A stretch of 64,000 nt of DNA from Salinibacteraceae bacterium (GTDB taxonomy: Bacteria; Bacteroidota; Rhodothermia; Rhodothermales; Salinibacteraceae): assembly GCA_965215025.1 (NCBI GenBank), contig CBDCCV010000001.1, forward strand, positions 234,619 through 298,618, given 5' to 3'. Positions 9,173 through 20,808 of the stretch are shown here, one piece after another. The position numbers were made by a program, and so were the translations under genes. A model generated the notes under the pieces. The model did not search any database, was not told the DNA's origin, and worked only from the letters and a program-made list of their open reading frames with translations. Positions within the stretch are counted from its first letter, which is position 1, and every line of letters begins with the position of its first letter.

Positions 9173-9898
9173 TTGTGCACCCTTTGCGCGATGCCTATGC
9201 CTTCTGACACGCTTTCCGCTGCCGAGCGCACCGATTCGCTGAGCTTCCGTGTGGCGCAGGGGCTGGGGTACGCGGTGAATCCGCTCGTCCTGCCGCCGCT
9301 GCTTTTTGGGCTGGTGCTGGCGCACTTCGGGGCGTCGGCGTATGAGATTAGCTGGGCCGTGGGCGTGGTAGTCGTCTTTTTTGTGGTGGTGCCGCTGGGG
9401 TATCTGCTCTGGCTCATCCGGAACGGGCAGGTGGCCTCGCTCGAACTCCACGACCGCACGCGGCGGACGCGGCCGTTTTTGGTGGGCATCGCCTCGTACA
9501 TCGCGGCGCTCGTGGTCCTCTACGGCACGAGCGCGACGGCGGCTAAGCTCGTCGCGGCGCTCGCGGCGCTGCACGTGATCAACACGCTGGGCATCATGAT
9601 CATCACGCTGCGGTGGAAGATTTCCGTGCACGCGGCGTCGCTGGCGGGGTTTGCCTCGATGCTCCTCTTCGTGGCGCAGACGCCGTGGTCGGGTCTGCCC
9701 GCCGCGCCGGACGCCTGGCTCCTGGAACCGGCCCCGCTCTACGGCCTCTTCGCGCTTCTGGGCACCATCATGTGGGCGCGCGTACGGATCGGCGCGCACA
9801 CACCCTGGCAGGTGTGGGCCGGGGCGCTCTTCGGGTTGCTTCTGCCGTACGCGCAGTTGTATCTTTTGCTCGAAGCGGGCTTTCTGCACAGCCTCTGA
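9173..9898 (+). CDS. PAP2-like (acid phosphatase/phosphoesterase superfamily) polytopic membrane protein
   Basis: Multiple TM segments; PAP2-like motifs RTRRTRPF, SVHAAS, ARVRIGAHTPWQV. Start could be Met at 9191. Confidence 0.55.
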   Translation: MCTLCAMPMPSDTLSAAERTDSLSFRVAQGLGYAVNPLVLPPLLFGLVLAHFGASAYEISWAVGVVVVFFVVVPLGYLLWLIRNGQVASLELHDRTRRTRPFLVGIASYIAALVVLYGTSATAAKLVAALAALHVINTLGIMIITLRWKISVHAASLAGFASMLLFVAQTPWSGLPAAPDAWLLEPAPLYGLFALLGTIMWARVRIGAHTPWQVWAGALFGLLLPYAQLYLLLEAGFLHSL

Positions 9899-10041
9899 CG
9901 CGCGCATCCGGCTGCCTCGCCTCTTTTTCCGAGAGGCCAAGCAGCGGTTTTCTTCGGACCACGATCTCTTTCCCGACGGCGCACGACGTATTCGGACTGC
10001 TACACCGCTTCCCCTTTCCCTTCCAGCACCCGCAGTCTGCT

Positions 10042-12495
10042 ATGCGTGCCGCTTCGTTTGTTCTCCTCGGCCTGTTTCTTTTCTTCCTGCTGCCTGAAGA
10101 CGTGCAGGCGCAGGGCTGGGGCACCGTCGAGGGCCGCGTGGCGCAGGCGGCCACAGGCGATCCACTGCCCGGCGCGACGGTCCTTGTGGCCGGGACGAAC
10201 TTCGGCACGGCGGCGGGTGAGAACGGGCGCTACGTCCTACGCGTGCCCGCTGGCACGTATGCGCTGCGGATCACGGCCGTCGGCTTCGAGGCGGAGACGG
10301 TGGACTCGGTCACGGTGCGGCGCGACCGGGCGACGGTGCTAGACGTGGCGTTGCGCGATGCGGTGATGGAGATGGAGGGCGTCACCGTCGAGGACAGCCC
10401 CGTCTCCGTCGAGGCGGGCGTTTACGAACTCGACCCGGAGCAGGTGCAGAACATCCCCTCGCCCCTGAAGGACGGCTTCCGCGCGCTCAAAGTCCTGCCT
10501 GGCGTGGCGACGAATAACGAGCTGTCGAGCCAGTACAGCGTGCGCGGCGGCGGGTACAACGAGAACCTCATCTTCATCGACGGCTTCGAGGTGTACATGC
10601 CGTTCCGTCCGCGGCAGGGCGAGCAGGAGGGCCTGGGCCTCCTCAACCCGGCGCTTTCGGAGCGGATCACGTTCTACGCGGGCGGCTTCCCGGCGCGCTA
10701 CGGCGGCAAGCTCTCCTCCGCCCTCGACGTGAAGTACCGCCGCCCCGACCGCGCCCCCCTCAGCGGATCGGCCTCGCTGAGCCTTTTGGATGCAGACGTG
10801 AACGCCTCCGCCTCGGCGCTCGATGGGAAGCTCGGGTGGGCCTTCGGCCTGCGGAAGGCGCAGGCGGAGCGGTTCTTCTCCACGCAGGAACTCCAAGGCG
10901 ACTACCGCCCCGACTTCACCGACGTGCAGGGGACGCTCACCTTCCGCCTCACGCCGGGGCAGGAAATCGAAGCCCTCGGCATCTGGGCCGACCACGAGTT
11001 CTTGCTCGACCCGAACACGAAGCGGACGTACTACGGCCTCATCAGCCTTGACCCGGACGTGCCCTCGGACCTGCGCTCGCTCTACACCGAGTACGAGGGT
11101 GAGCAGCGCGACGGCTACACCACCCGCTTCGGCGGCGCGCGGCTCAAGACGCGGCTCTCCAGGAAACTGCGGATGGAGCACGACGCAGCCTACTTCGGCA
11201 CCGAGGAGCGCTCGCGCGTGGACGTGAGCGGGCGCTCGATCCTGTTTCAGGAAGATCCGGGCGGCGGCGGGAGCGTCCCCATCGGCTACGGCGAGCAGGC
11301 CGATGAGGTGGACAACAGCGTCGCCGTGGAGACGCTCACCGGGCGCGGGCGCTATTTGCTGAGCTTGAACCGCCACGCGCCGGAAGCCGGCTGGCACGTG
11401 CGCGGCCTCCACTTCGAGGACCGGATCGACGAACGGCTCGTGCACACCCGCTTCGAGAACGGCGAGGAGGTTGAGATTGAGGCCGACCGCGTGGACGCCG
11501 CCGCGACGTTCGACGCCTGGCAGGCCGGCCTCTACGCGCAGGACGCCATCGACGTCTTGCCCGAGCGCGGGAAGCTCCTCCTCACTGCCGGCGTCCGCGC
11601 GGACTACTTCTCGTTTAACGAGGAGTGGACGGTCTCGCCCCGGCTCTCGGTGCGCTACGAATGGTCGGAGAACACGATGCTCACCGGCGCCTGGGGCCTA
11701 TACCACCAGAAGCCGACGTACCGCGAGTTCCGCGGCAAGCCGGAGCCGGGCGAGGAGGTCTTGGGCGCTGTGAACCGCGACCTCAAATCGCAGCAGTCCA
11801 TGCAGTTCGTCTTCGGCGGCGAGCACTTTTTGCCGGAGCGGCGGCTATACGTCCGCGCCGAGGCGTACTACAAGCGGCTGCGCAACCTGATCTCGTACGA
11901 CATCGAGAACGTGCGCGTCTTGTACTCCGGCGAGAACGACGCCGAGGGGTACGCCTACGGCCTCGACCTCCAACTGCGCGGCGAGTTCGTGCCGGGGCTG
12001 GAAAGCTGGTTCAACTACAGCTACCTCGTGGCGCGCGAGGCGTTTTTGCCGGCGTTCGAGACGCGCCTCAACGACGGCCTCGTCCCGCGCCCGACGGACC
12101 AGCGCCACACCTTCTCCGCCTTTATCCAGGACTACGTGCCGGGCGACGAGACGTGGAAGCTGCACATGCGCGGCCTCTTCGGGAGCGGGCTGCCCTACAC
12201 GCCGCCCATCCAGGGCGAGGCGCTCTCGAACGGCATCTACCGCCAGGTGCCGGGGCCGCGCTCGCAGGGCCGCCTGCCCGAGTACCGCCGCATCGACGTA
12301 GGCGCGACGAAGATCCTGCCCGTCTTCGAGAACGGCATCGGCGGCGAGCCGGTCACGCTCTCCCTCACGGCCGAGATCCTGAACATCTTCGACATGGTCA
12401 ACACGGTGGCGTACACGTGGGACGGGCAGTTCAACCGCATCCCCACGCGCCTGACGCCACGCACGGTCAACGCCCGGCTCCGGCTCGAATTCTGA
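10042..12495 (+). CDS. TonB-dependent receptor with N-terminal carboxypeptidase-regulatory-like domain
   Basis: Signal peptide MRAASFVLLGLFLFFLLPEDVQA; CarbopepD_reg-like GATVLVAGTNFGTAAGENGRYVL; plug and barrel; ends ...RLEF. Confidence 0.88.
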   Translation: MRAASFVLLGLFLFFLLPEDVQAQGWGTVEGRVAQAATGDPLPGATVLVAGTNFGTAAGENGRYVLRVPAGTYALRITAVGFEAETVDSVTVRRDRATVLDVALRDAVMEMEGVTVEDSPVSVEAGVYELDPEQVQNIPSPLKDGFRALKVLPGVATNNELSSQYSVRGGGYNENLIFIDGFEVYMPFRPRQGEQEGLGLLNPALSERITFYAGGFPARYGGKLSSALDVKYRRPDRAPLSGSASLSLLDADVNASASALDGKLGWAFGLRKAQAERFFSTQELQGDYRPDFTDVQGTLTFRLTPGQEIEALGIWADHEFLLDPNTKRTYYGLISLDPDVPSDLRSLYTEYEGEQRDGYTTRFGGARLKTRLSRKLRMEHDAAYFGTEERSRVDVSGRSILFQEDPGGGGSVPIGYGEQADEVDNSVAVETLTGRGRYLLSLNRHAPEAGWHVRGLHFEDRIDERLVHTRFENGEEVEIEADRVDAAATFDAWQAGLYAQDAIDVLPERGKLLLTAGVRADYFSFNEEWTVSPRLSVRYEWSENTMLTGAWGLYHQKPTYREFRGKPEPGEEVLGAVNRDLKSQQSMQFVFGGEHFLPERRLYVRAEAYYKRLRNLISYDIENVRVLYSGENDAEGYAYGLDLQLRGEFVPGLESWFNYSYLVAREAFLPAFETRLNDGLVPRPTDQRHTFSAFIQDYVPGDETWKLHMRGLFGSGLPYTPPIQGEALSNGIYRQVPGPRSQGRLPEYRRIDVGATKILPVFENGIGGEPVTLSLTAEILNIFDMVNTVAYTWDGQFNRIPTRLTPRTVNARLRLEF

Positions 12496-12526
12496 ATCTT
12501 ATCCTTCTCGTAGAAAACGGCACGCC

Positions 12527-13603
12527 TTGAAAGCAGCAGCGGGAAACGCCCTTCGATACGCAGCGCACCTCTTCGTTCTTCTCTCCGCCCTCCTGCTCTC
12601 CGCCTGCGCCCCCGCCGCGCCGCTTTCCGCGCCGGTCACGGCGGGCGCCGACCCCGCCGCCGGAACGGTGCCTCCCGAAGGCTTTACCTATCCCGAGGGC
12701 GACACCGTCCGCGTGGCGACGTGGAACGCCGAGCACTTCGTGGACGAATACGACAACCCGTACATCGACAACCGCCGCGAGGACGAGCCGTACGACAACA
12801 TGCCCGAGCGCACGCGCCTCTTCGTGGAAGTCATCCGCGCACTTGATGCGGATGTGGTGGTCTTGCAGGAGTTCGAGAGCGCGGCGTTCCTGGAGCGCCT
12901 GGCCGAGGAGCGCTTTCCGGAGATGGGCTACCGCTTTTTCGCCGGTACGGAGAGCCGCGACTGGTACCAAAACGTGGTGGTGATGAGCCGCCTGCCGCTG
13001 GGCGTGGTGGAGAGCTACGCCGCGGTCACCACGCCCGTCATCGGCGCGCGCGAGCCGCCGGCGCAGCGCCTGACGAACAACCGCATGTGGATGGCCGAGG
13101 TCCTGGCGCGGCCCGATTACACCTTCGCCCTCGTGGGGCTGCACCTCAAGGCCGGGCCCGGCGCGCGCAACGAGGGCTGGCGCACCGGGCAGATCCGCTT
13201 CCTGCGCGAGCGCTTCGACCAGCTTCTCGCCGCGCGGCCCGAGGCCAACCTCCTCGTCGTGGGCGACCTCAACGCGCTCCCCGGCAGCCCCGAACTGGGT
13301 CTGCTCCTGGGCGAGGCCCGCTCGGCCGAGGGCCGCGCCCGCCTCACCGATCCGCTGGCCGGGCGCCCCACGCCTACGTTTCCGTCCGATGCGCCGGAGC
13401 GCCAGCTCGACTACGTCCTCTTGGGCGAGAACATGCTGCCCGAGCTGGTCGAAGGCTCCGTCCGCGTCGCCACGCCGCTTTCGTCCGGGCAGATGCGCCG
13501 CGCGAGCGACCACCTGCCCGTCGTCGCAGCCTTCATCGCCGAGGAGCGCGCCGCAGGACGACGGCCGACCGCCGACGACGGACGGCCGATGGACACGCGC
13601 TGA
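12527..13603 (+). CDS. endonuclease/exonuclease/phosphatase (EEP) family lipoprotein
   Basis: Lipobox LLSACAP; EEP motifs VATWNAEHF, VVVLQEF, LVVGDLNA, SDHLPV. Confidence 0.8.
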   Translation: MKAAAGNALRYAAHLFVLLSALLLSACAPAAPLSAPVTAGADPAAGTVPPEGFTYPEGDTVRVATWNAEHFVDEYDNPYIDNRREDEPYDNMPERTRLFVEVIRALDADVVVLQEFESAAFLERLAEERFPEMGYRFFAGTESRDWYQNVVVMSRLPLGVVESYAAVTTPVIGAREPPAQRLTNNRMWMAEVLARPDYTFALVGLHLKAGPGARNEGWRTGQIRFLRERFDQLLAARPEANLLVVGDLNALPGSPELGLLLGEARSAEGRARLTDPLAGRPTPTFPSDAPERQLDYVLLGENMLPELVEGSVRVATPLSSGQMRRASDHLPVVAAFIAEERAAGRRPTADDGRPMDTR

Positions 13604-13680
13604 CCTTTGACTCGATCTCCTAAGCAGCGGTCCAGAGCCTACCCCGGCACCGGGGTCCGCGGCCGGCCGTCCCTCAAGCC

Positions 13681-14517
13681 ATGAACCTCGCCCTCGTCCA
13701 GCTCCAGCCCACCGACGACTTCGACCGCTCGCTCCAGCGCGGCCTCGACGCCTTCCGGGAAGCGGCCGACGCCGGGGCCGACCTCGTTGTCTTCCCCGAA
13801 CTCGCCTTCACGCCGTTCTACCCGCAGCACCCGGCCGGCCCGGACGCGCTTGACCTCGCCGAGCCGATCCCCGGCCCCACCACCGAGGCGTTCCAGGAGG
13901 CGGCGGCGCGCCACGGCGTGGTGACCGTCATCAACCTCTACGAGCGCGCCGGCGGCACGGCCTATGACACCTCGCCCGTCATCGACGCCGACGGCGCGCT
14001 CCTCGGCAAAACGCGCATGATGCACATCACCGACTACGACGGCTTCCACGAGCAGGGCTACTACGCTGAGGGCGACACGGGCGCGCCCGTCTACGACACC
14101 GCCGCCGGGCGCATCGGCGTGGCGATCTGCTACGACCGGCACTTCCCCGAGTACCTGCGTGCTTTGGCCCTCGGCGGCGCCGACCTCGTGGTGGTGCCGC
14201 AAGCGGGGATCGTGGGCGAGTGGCCGGACGGCCTCTTTGAAGCGGAGCTGCGCGTAGGCGCGTTTCAGAACGGCTTCTTCATGGCGCTCGCCAACCGCGT
14301 TGGGAAAGAAGAGCGGCTGGAGTTTGCCGGCGGCTCGTTCGTGGCCGATCCGTTCGGGCAGCTCGTTAAGCAGGCGCCCACGGGCGAGGAGGCCGTGCTG
14401 CACGCCGAGATCGGCCTCGGCCGCTGCGCCGAGGCGCCCGCGCGCAAGCTCTTCCTCAAACACCGCCGCCCGGACGAATACGAGGGCGGGGCCGTGCGGC
14501 TCGCGGGCGGGGCGTAG
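13681..14517 (+). CDS. carbon-nitrogen hydrolase (nitrilase superfamily; N-carbamoylputrescine amidase-like)
   Basis: E-K-C triad context: VVFPELAF, GKTRMMH, GVAICYDRHFPE. Confidence 0.82.
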   Translation: MNLALVQLQPTDDFDRSLQRGLDAFREAADAGADLVVFPELAFTPFYPQHPAGPDALDLAEPIPGPTTEAFQEAAARHGVVTVINLYERAGGTAYDTSPVIDADGALLGKTRMMHITDYDGFHEQGYYAEGDTGAPVYDTAAGRIGVAICYDRHFPEYLRALALGGADLVVVPQAGIVGEWPDGLFEAELRVGAFQNGFFMALANRVGKEERLEFAGGSFVADPFGQLVKQAPTGEEAVLHAEIGLGRCAEAPARKLFLKHRRPDEYEGGAVRLAGGA

Positions 14518-14597
14518 CCGCAGCGGCGGATTCGCGGCGGGTGGCCAGGGGTTGACCGGAGGCATCTCTCCCTCTTACGACCTGCCGCCGCTGTGCC

Positions 14598-15275
14598 ATG
14601 ACCGTCGAGGTGTTCGCCGACATCGCGTGCCCGTTCTGCTACATCGGCGAGCGGCACTTTGAGCAGGCGCTTGCCGAGGCGCGCGGGGCCGGCGCGGCGG
14701 CGCCTGAGGTGCGGTGGCGCTGGCGGCCGTTTCAGCTTCAGCCGGGGCTGCCTGAGGAAGGGATGGACTGGCGCGCCTTCGCCGAGAAGAAGTTCGGCGG
14801 CTGGGAGCGCGCGCAGGCCGCCTTCCGCCACGTGGCCGAGATGGGTGCCGCGGCCGGACTCGAGATGCACCCCGACCGCATCGCCCGGGCCGTCAACACG
14901 GCGAAGGCGCACCGCCTCGTGCTGTGGGCCGCCGAGGAAGGCGACGCGGGCGCGCCGCAGCGCCTGGCCGAGGCGCTCTTTGCCGCCTACTTCACCAGGG
15001 GGCGCGACGTGGGCAGCGTCGAAACGCTGGCGGCGCTCGCCGAAGAGACCGGCCTCGACGCCGCCGGCGCCCGCGCCATGCTCGCCTCGGAGCGCTTCGC
15101 GCCCGAGGTGGAGCGGAGCCAAGAGGAGGCGCGCCGCCTCGGCGTAACGGGCGTGCCGTTCTACGTCTTCCATCCGGGTGGGGCGGGCGGCGGAGACGCC
15201 TACGCGGTAAGCGGTGCGCAGCCCGTCGCCGTCTTCCGCAAGGCGCTTTCTAACCCCACGCCCCATGCCGGCTGA
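14598..15275 (+). CDS. DsbA-family dithiol oxidoreductase (FrnE-like)
   Basis: CPFC active site at N-terminus (VFADIACPFCYIGERHF), FrnE-like layout. Confidence 0.82.
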   Translation: MTVEVFADIACPFCYIGERHFEQALAEARGAGAAAPEVRWRWRPFQLQPGLPEEGMDWRAFAEKKFGGWERAQAAFRHVAEMGAAAGLEMHPDRIARAVNTAKAHRLVLWAAEEGDAGAPQRLAEALFAAYFTRGRDVGSVETLAALAEETGLDAAGARAMLASERFAPEVERSQEEARRLGVTGVPFYVFHPGGAGGGDAYAVSGAQPVAVFRKALSNPTPHAG

Positions 15276-15361
15276 CTCGGCTTTGACGCCGGGCTGCCCT
15301 ACGGCCACCGGCTGGCGCTGTATGAGGACAAAGTCCGTACGGAGCGTGCTGGCAGCTTTTG

Positions 15362-17358
15362 CTAAGAGCCTTCGGTCTGGCGCTGGAGCCAGGCGCTCGT
15401 CGCGGCCATCGCCTCGGAGACCGCCTCCGGCACGTAGTACAGCTCCATCTGGTTGTAGTCGTTGAGCCAGACGGTCTCCGGCTTGCCCGGGAGCCGCTCG
15501 ATGAAGGCGCGCGCGCCCTCGGGCACGGCCCCGCTCTCCGAGTGGACGATGTGGACGGGCACCGTGATGCTGTCGGCCGCTGCGATGGCGTCGAACGTGA
15601 GCCACGGCTCCCAGCTCATCACCGCCCAGCGGTTGGCGTAGTGCGGGCCGGCGCCCATCGCGGGGCTGAGGTAGTACGGGAACGCGCCGCCGGGGACGTA
15701 CATCGCCGCCATCGGGTTTAGCTCGCTCACGGCCTGGTTGTAGCGGACCTCGCCCGTGCGCTCGCGCGCCTCGCGCGCCTCGCGCCCGAGCCGGAGCAGC
15801 CCATCGCGGCGCCCGTTCGGCCGGCCGTCATAGAGGCGTAAGTCATGTCCGGAGTGTGGAGCCACGGCGCCACGAGGGCGAGCCGGCGGATGCGGTCGTC
15901 CTGAGCCACCGCGTGGGCCATGTAGCCGGAGCTGGCGCAGACCCCGAGGCCGGAGATGTCACCCGAGACGTTGGGGTGCCCGGTGAGGAAGGTGACGGCG
16001 CTCTGGATGTCCTCGACCTTGCGGCCGGCATCCTCGAACTGACGCGGCTCGCCCGCGCTCTCGCCCCAGCCCCGGAAGTCGAACGTGAGCGTCACGAACC
16101 CGTCTTTGGCGAGGAGCGAAGCGTACGCGTCAGGCATCTGCTCTTTCACGCTCGTCCACGAACCCGTCACGACGACGGCGGGGTACCGGCGCGACTCGTC
16201 GAAGCCCGGCGGGAGGAAGAGGTGGCCGACCAGCTCGTCGCCCGCGCTCTCGAAGCGGACCTCGCGCATGGTGACGCCGCTCTCGGGACGCGCGCCGGCC
16301 TCGTGAACCGAGTAGTGGAGCGGCGGGGCGCCGGGGAATCCGTTGGCGAGGATCTGCGGGTTGAAGTACTCGGCGAAAGTCTCCAGCTTGCCGCCCTCGC
16401 CAAAGGCGAAGACGCCGACATAGCTGTTGTTGTACTCGCTCCCCGGCTCGACAGTGATTTGGCCGTCGTACTTGGCGAGGACGACATTCGGATCGGCCGT
16501 GGCGAAGACCTCGTGGGGGTAGCGCTGGCTCGCAAAGCCCGCCACGGGGCCGTACTGCTCGCGGAGCGCGTCCATGCCCTCGACGCGCTCAGGAAAGCCT
16601 TCCGGCGCCAGCGGCATGACCTGCTTGCCGCCTTCGGCGAACGCGCTGAGGTACGCCTCGATGTCGCCGCGGCTGAGGTCGTCGAGCATGGCCGAGACGG
16701 TCTCGGTGTGCCGGCTTTCGAAGGCAGTGAGGTCCTCAGCCGTATAGCCCTGCCCGGCCTGCACACGCTCGGCGGCAAGGGCCGGGAGGTCGGTGTCGCC
16801 GGTCTGGTCATAGAGGCTCAGCCGCGTCCGGGCGATCTTCCATTGACCATCCTCTTTTACGAACTCGGAGTCATAGCCGGCGAAGACCGTCCAGTCTCGG
16901 CCCTCCAGGACGTGCGTGGCGAGGGCGTCGTAGGTGGCCGTCGCGCGGGCCGGCGCGCCCTCCTCCGTCATGTGAGGGACGGCCCAGACGGCGAGGTTGT
17001 GGGGGTTGTGGACCGTCCGCTCGAAGCCGGGCAGCATCTGCTGCCAGCCTTCCACGATTTCCTTCGGCGACTGCGTAGCCGGCTCGGCGCCGAGGGCCGA
17101 GTAGTCCATCTGCACCGAGTCGGCGAAAAACGAGGCCACGCGGTCCCACTCGCGCGCGTCGACGGCGGCGAAGAGGCCGTTGATGACTTCGCGGATGGTG
17201 GCCTCGTCTGCCGACGTGTCGGCGGCAGATGATCCTTCGGTAGGTGGTTCCTCAGCAGCTGAGACATCAGTAGAGGCGTCTTGCGCGTCTGAGGCGGCGC
17301 AGGCGCCGAGGAGGGGCAGCGTGGCGGAGAGGAGAACCCAAAAGAGGAGGTGGTTCAT
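15362..17358 (-). pseudogene. alpha/beta hydrolase with N-terminal SnoaL/NTF2-like domains; frameshifted (two ORFs 15727..17358 and 15362..15865)
   Basis: Upstream ORF ends in Arg/Ala junk (...TAGRTGAAMGCSGSGARRARRASARARSATTRP). Downstream ORF continues the fold (VHIVHSESG...WLQRQTEGS). Nucleophile-elbow-like GVCASSGY. Confidence 0.55.
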
Positions 17359-17435
17359 GGCTCGGGGCGGTAGCGTGAGGGGGCGGGGGGATGCTCACGT
17401 TACTCTACCACCCCGCGCGGCGGCGGGGTTTGCCA

Positions 17436-17467
17436 AATCTTGCGCTTTTCTTGGACAATCTTGCGCA
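17436..17467. promoter_or_regulatory. direct repeat AATCTTGCGC-N12-AATCTTGCGC between araC-family gene and hydrolase gene; candidate AraC-type operator
   Basis: Two identical 10-mers 22 bp apart (17436-17445, 17458-17467). Confidence 0.35.
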
Positions 17468-17489
17468 TCCCGCTCCCACACCTCCTGAT

Positions 17490-18383
17490 CTACCGGCGGC
17501 TCTCTTTCAGAAGCCGGCTCGGCGTGACCCCAAACTGCCGCTTGAACGCGCGCGTGAGGTGGCTCGGGTCTGAGAACCCCAGCGCGGCGGCGACCTCGCC
17601 CACGCGCTGCCGCCCGGCCAGGAGCAGTTCGCGCGCCCGCTCCGCCCGGCGCTGCATGAAGTATCGGTACGGCGGCACGCCCACCGACGCCTTGAACGCC
17701 CTGGCGAAGTGGTGCGGCGAGAGCGCCGCCACCGAAGCCATGTCCTCCAGCGTCACGTCGGCGGCCAGGTGCGCCTCGACGTATTCGCGCACGCGCCGGA
17801 GCTGCGCCGTGGAAAGGCCGCCGGGGCCGTTCGTTTCCGTCGGTGCCTCGGCGGCGTAGCGCCGGGCCAGGTGCGCGCTCACGGCCACGGCGAGCGTCTG
17901 CGCGAAGGCTGGGCCGTTCGGCCCGCCGGCGGCGGCCTCTTCCGCCAAGGCGCGCACGAGGTGCGCCAGCACGGGGTCGCCGAAGTAGCCGCTCGTCGGG
18001 ATCTCCAGGTCATCGGCGCCAGAGAGCCGGGCGGCGAAGTCGGGGCGGATCGTGAGGCCGGCGTAGCGGATCGCCCCCTCGACGCGCCACGAGAACGGCC
18101 GGCCCGCCCCGCTCACCCACACTTGGCCGATGCGGGGCCGGATGGGGTGCGGCGAGGCGCCTTCGCCAAACTCCATCACGGAGGCCTCGTCGCCGAGGTG
18201 GACGGCGACGTAGTGATCCGCCGTAGCGAGGGCGGTGACGTCCCAGTCGTCGTTCGCGCCGACCTCAACGGCGAGGCCGTCCCAGCCGAGGCCGCGGCTC
18301 GTCGTCTCGATCCGCGCGCCTGAGAGCGCCTTCACGTCGTGCCCGGAGCGGGCATCTCGGAGTTCGATAAGGCTCTCGCTCAT
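17490..18383 (-). CDS. AraC/XylS-family transcriptional regulator
   Basis: C-terminal HTH_AraC (HFARAFKASVGVPPYRYFMQRRAERARELL...FSDPSHLTRAFKRQFGVTPSRL); start chosen MSESLIEL. Confidence 0.85.
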   Translation of the reverse strand: MSESLIELRDARSGHDVKALSGARIETTSRGLGWDGLAVEVGANDDWDVTALATADHYVAVHLGDEASVMEFGEGASPHPIRPRIGQVWVSGAGRPFSWRVEGAIRYAGLTIRPDFAARLSGADDLEIPTSGYFGDPVLAHLVRALAEEAAAGGPNGPAFAQTLAVAVSAHLARRYAAEAPTETNGPGGLSTAQLRRVREYVEAHLAADVTLEDMASVAALSPHHFARAFKASVGVPPYRYFMQRRAERARELLLAGRQRVGEVAAALGFSDPSHLTRAFKRQFGVTPSRLLKESRR

Positions 18384-18440
18384 GGCACGTGCGCTTGCTG
18401 CTTCGGGGCGCCGCTTGCGCCAACCACACCGTTTGGCTAC

Positions 18441-19402
<962 letters not shown>

Positions 19403-19685
19403 CTATCCTGGGCGAGGGCGCTTCACCTGGCCTTCAACTCCCCTTCAGCCCACCCGTTTCTCTGACTATGGAAGATGGCTCTGCTGCAGGTGCGCGTCGC
19501 GGCGCAGCGCTTTCAGGCGCCCTGCCGGAGGCGCGCTGGGTGAAGCCGCCGCGCTTCCGCCAGGACAGCGGGGCGCACCGGCAGGCCACCTGGCTCGAAC
19601 TCTTCTTCGACCTCGTCTTCGTCGTCGCCATCGCCGGGCTGGCCGGCCTCCTGCGCGAGGACCTCAGCCTGAAGGGCCTGGCCTA

Positions 19686-20808
19686 TGTAGGACGACGAAA
19701 GAACGTTAACGGAGACCGGCCATCTTGAGCGCCGCTGCTGGCGTAAGCTCGTCGAAGAACTGCCGGCAGGCTTCCCGAAGCGCGCCGAGGCTGCGTTCGA
19801 GGTTGGCCGCGACGGTGTTCTTAAGTTCGCGCCAGAGGTCCTCCACCGGGTTGTCCTCAGGCGAGCGCTTGGGCAAGAGCACCGTCTCGATGCGCTCGTG
19901 CCGGGCAACCATCTTCTCGACAGCCTGCGAGGTGTGCCACCGCGCGCGCTCCCACACCAGCAAGGTAGTGCCCTCGACCTCTGCGAGCACTTGCTCCAAG
20001 AAGGCCTTTGTGTACTCGGACTTGCCCTTCGGGTACGCCTCGGTGATCGTCTCTGCGGTTGCGATATCGAGCGCGCCCTAGAGACAGAGCTTGTCGTTGG
20101 ACTCCGGCACGTCCACGCTCCACTGCTCGCCTCTGGGCATCCACATCCGCCTGAGCGGCGGGAAGCGCTTAAGCTCCGTCTCGTCCTCGAAGAGAATGCT
20201 CGTCTGTGCGCCAGCCGTGGCAACGGCTTCCACGAGCGCGCGCGCATGCTCGGCGTAATCCGGATCCGGCGGCAGCTCGCGGCGCGGACGCTTCCAACTG
20301 AACTGGAGTCGGCGCAAGGCGCGCCGCACGGTCTCGGGATGGACCTCGACGCCGAGTTCCTCTTCGAGGTGGCGCGCCAGGCGCGGCGCCGTCCAGCGCG
20401 TGGCGTTGTAGCCCTCTTCGGTTGGCGGCTCTTCGATGACGCGCTCAATCTCGTCTTGGGCCTCTTCATCGAGCTTCGGCGGTCGGCCCTCGCGCTCCTG
20501 GTCGCAAAGGCTCAGAGGGCCGCCCTCGTCGAAGCGATCCATCCACTTGTAGACGGTCACGTCGGATGTGTCTTGGATCTCGGCGATCTCCTGTGCAGCG
20601 AAGGCTCTGGCCGAGAGCAGGACCATCTGCGCGCGCATCGCCACGCGACCGATCTCTTCGCGCGTCATACGCTTGAGTTCTTCCTGCTCCTCCTGGTCTG
20701 GCGAACGAACCGTGCGGTGCGACATGGCGGTCGGGCTGTCTATCGTTGCAGGACCTACGCCCTGAGCCACACCCATCGCCATCGTTAGCGTTCTTCTGTT
20801 GTCCTACT
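19686..20808 (-). mobile_element. IS630/Tc1-mariner-family insertion sequence (~1123 bp), TA target duplication, ~25-bp imperfect TIRs
   Basis: TIR GTAGGACGACGAAAGAACGTTAACG (left) vs GTAGGACAACAGAAGAACGCTAACG (right, rc); TA at 19684-85 and 20809-10; transposase-like ORFs inside. Confidence 0.75.
19706..20782 (-). pseudogene. IS630-family transposase with premature in-frame TAG (rc of 20078-20080)
   Basis: ORF 20078..20782 (helix-turn-helix + DDE N-part, ...ILFEDETELKRF...) continues in the same frame after TAG into ORF 19706..19999 (LLPKRSPEDNPVEDLW, DDE third acidic region). Confidence 0.7.

Noticed and set aside
9107-9940. 277-aa minus ORF opposite the PAP2-like gene
   Set aside because: Arg/His-rich antisense ORF, no signal or domain.
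9900-10041. Riboswitch (cobalamin/TPP) upstream of TonB-dependent receptor
   Set aside because: No B12 box (GCCACTG) or TPP CUGAGA core in the leader.
10339-14565. Long minus-strand ORFs (10339..11445, 12467..13513, 13639..14565, 14265..15605)
   Set aside because: All antisense to confidently identified genes (TonB receptor, EEP, CN hydrolase, DsbA). Composition typical of high-GC shadow ORFs.
15856-17232. 458-aa + ORF
   Set aside because: Antisense to the alpha/beta-hydrolase gene.
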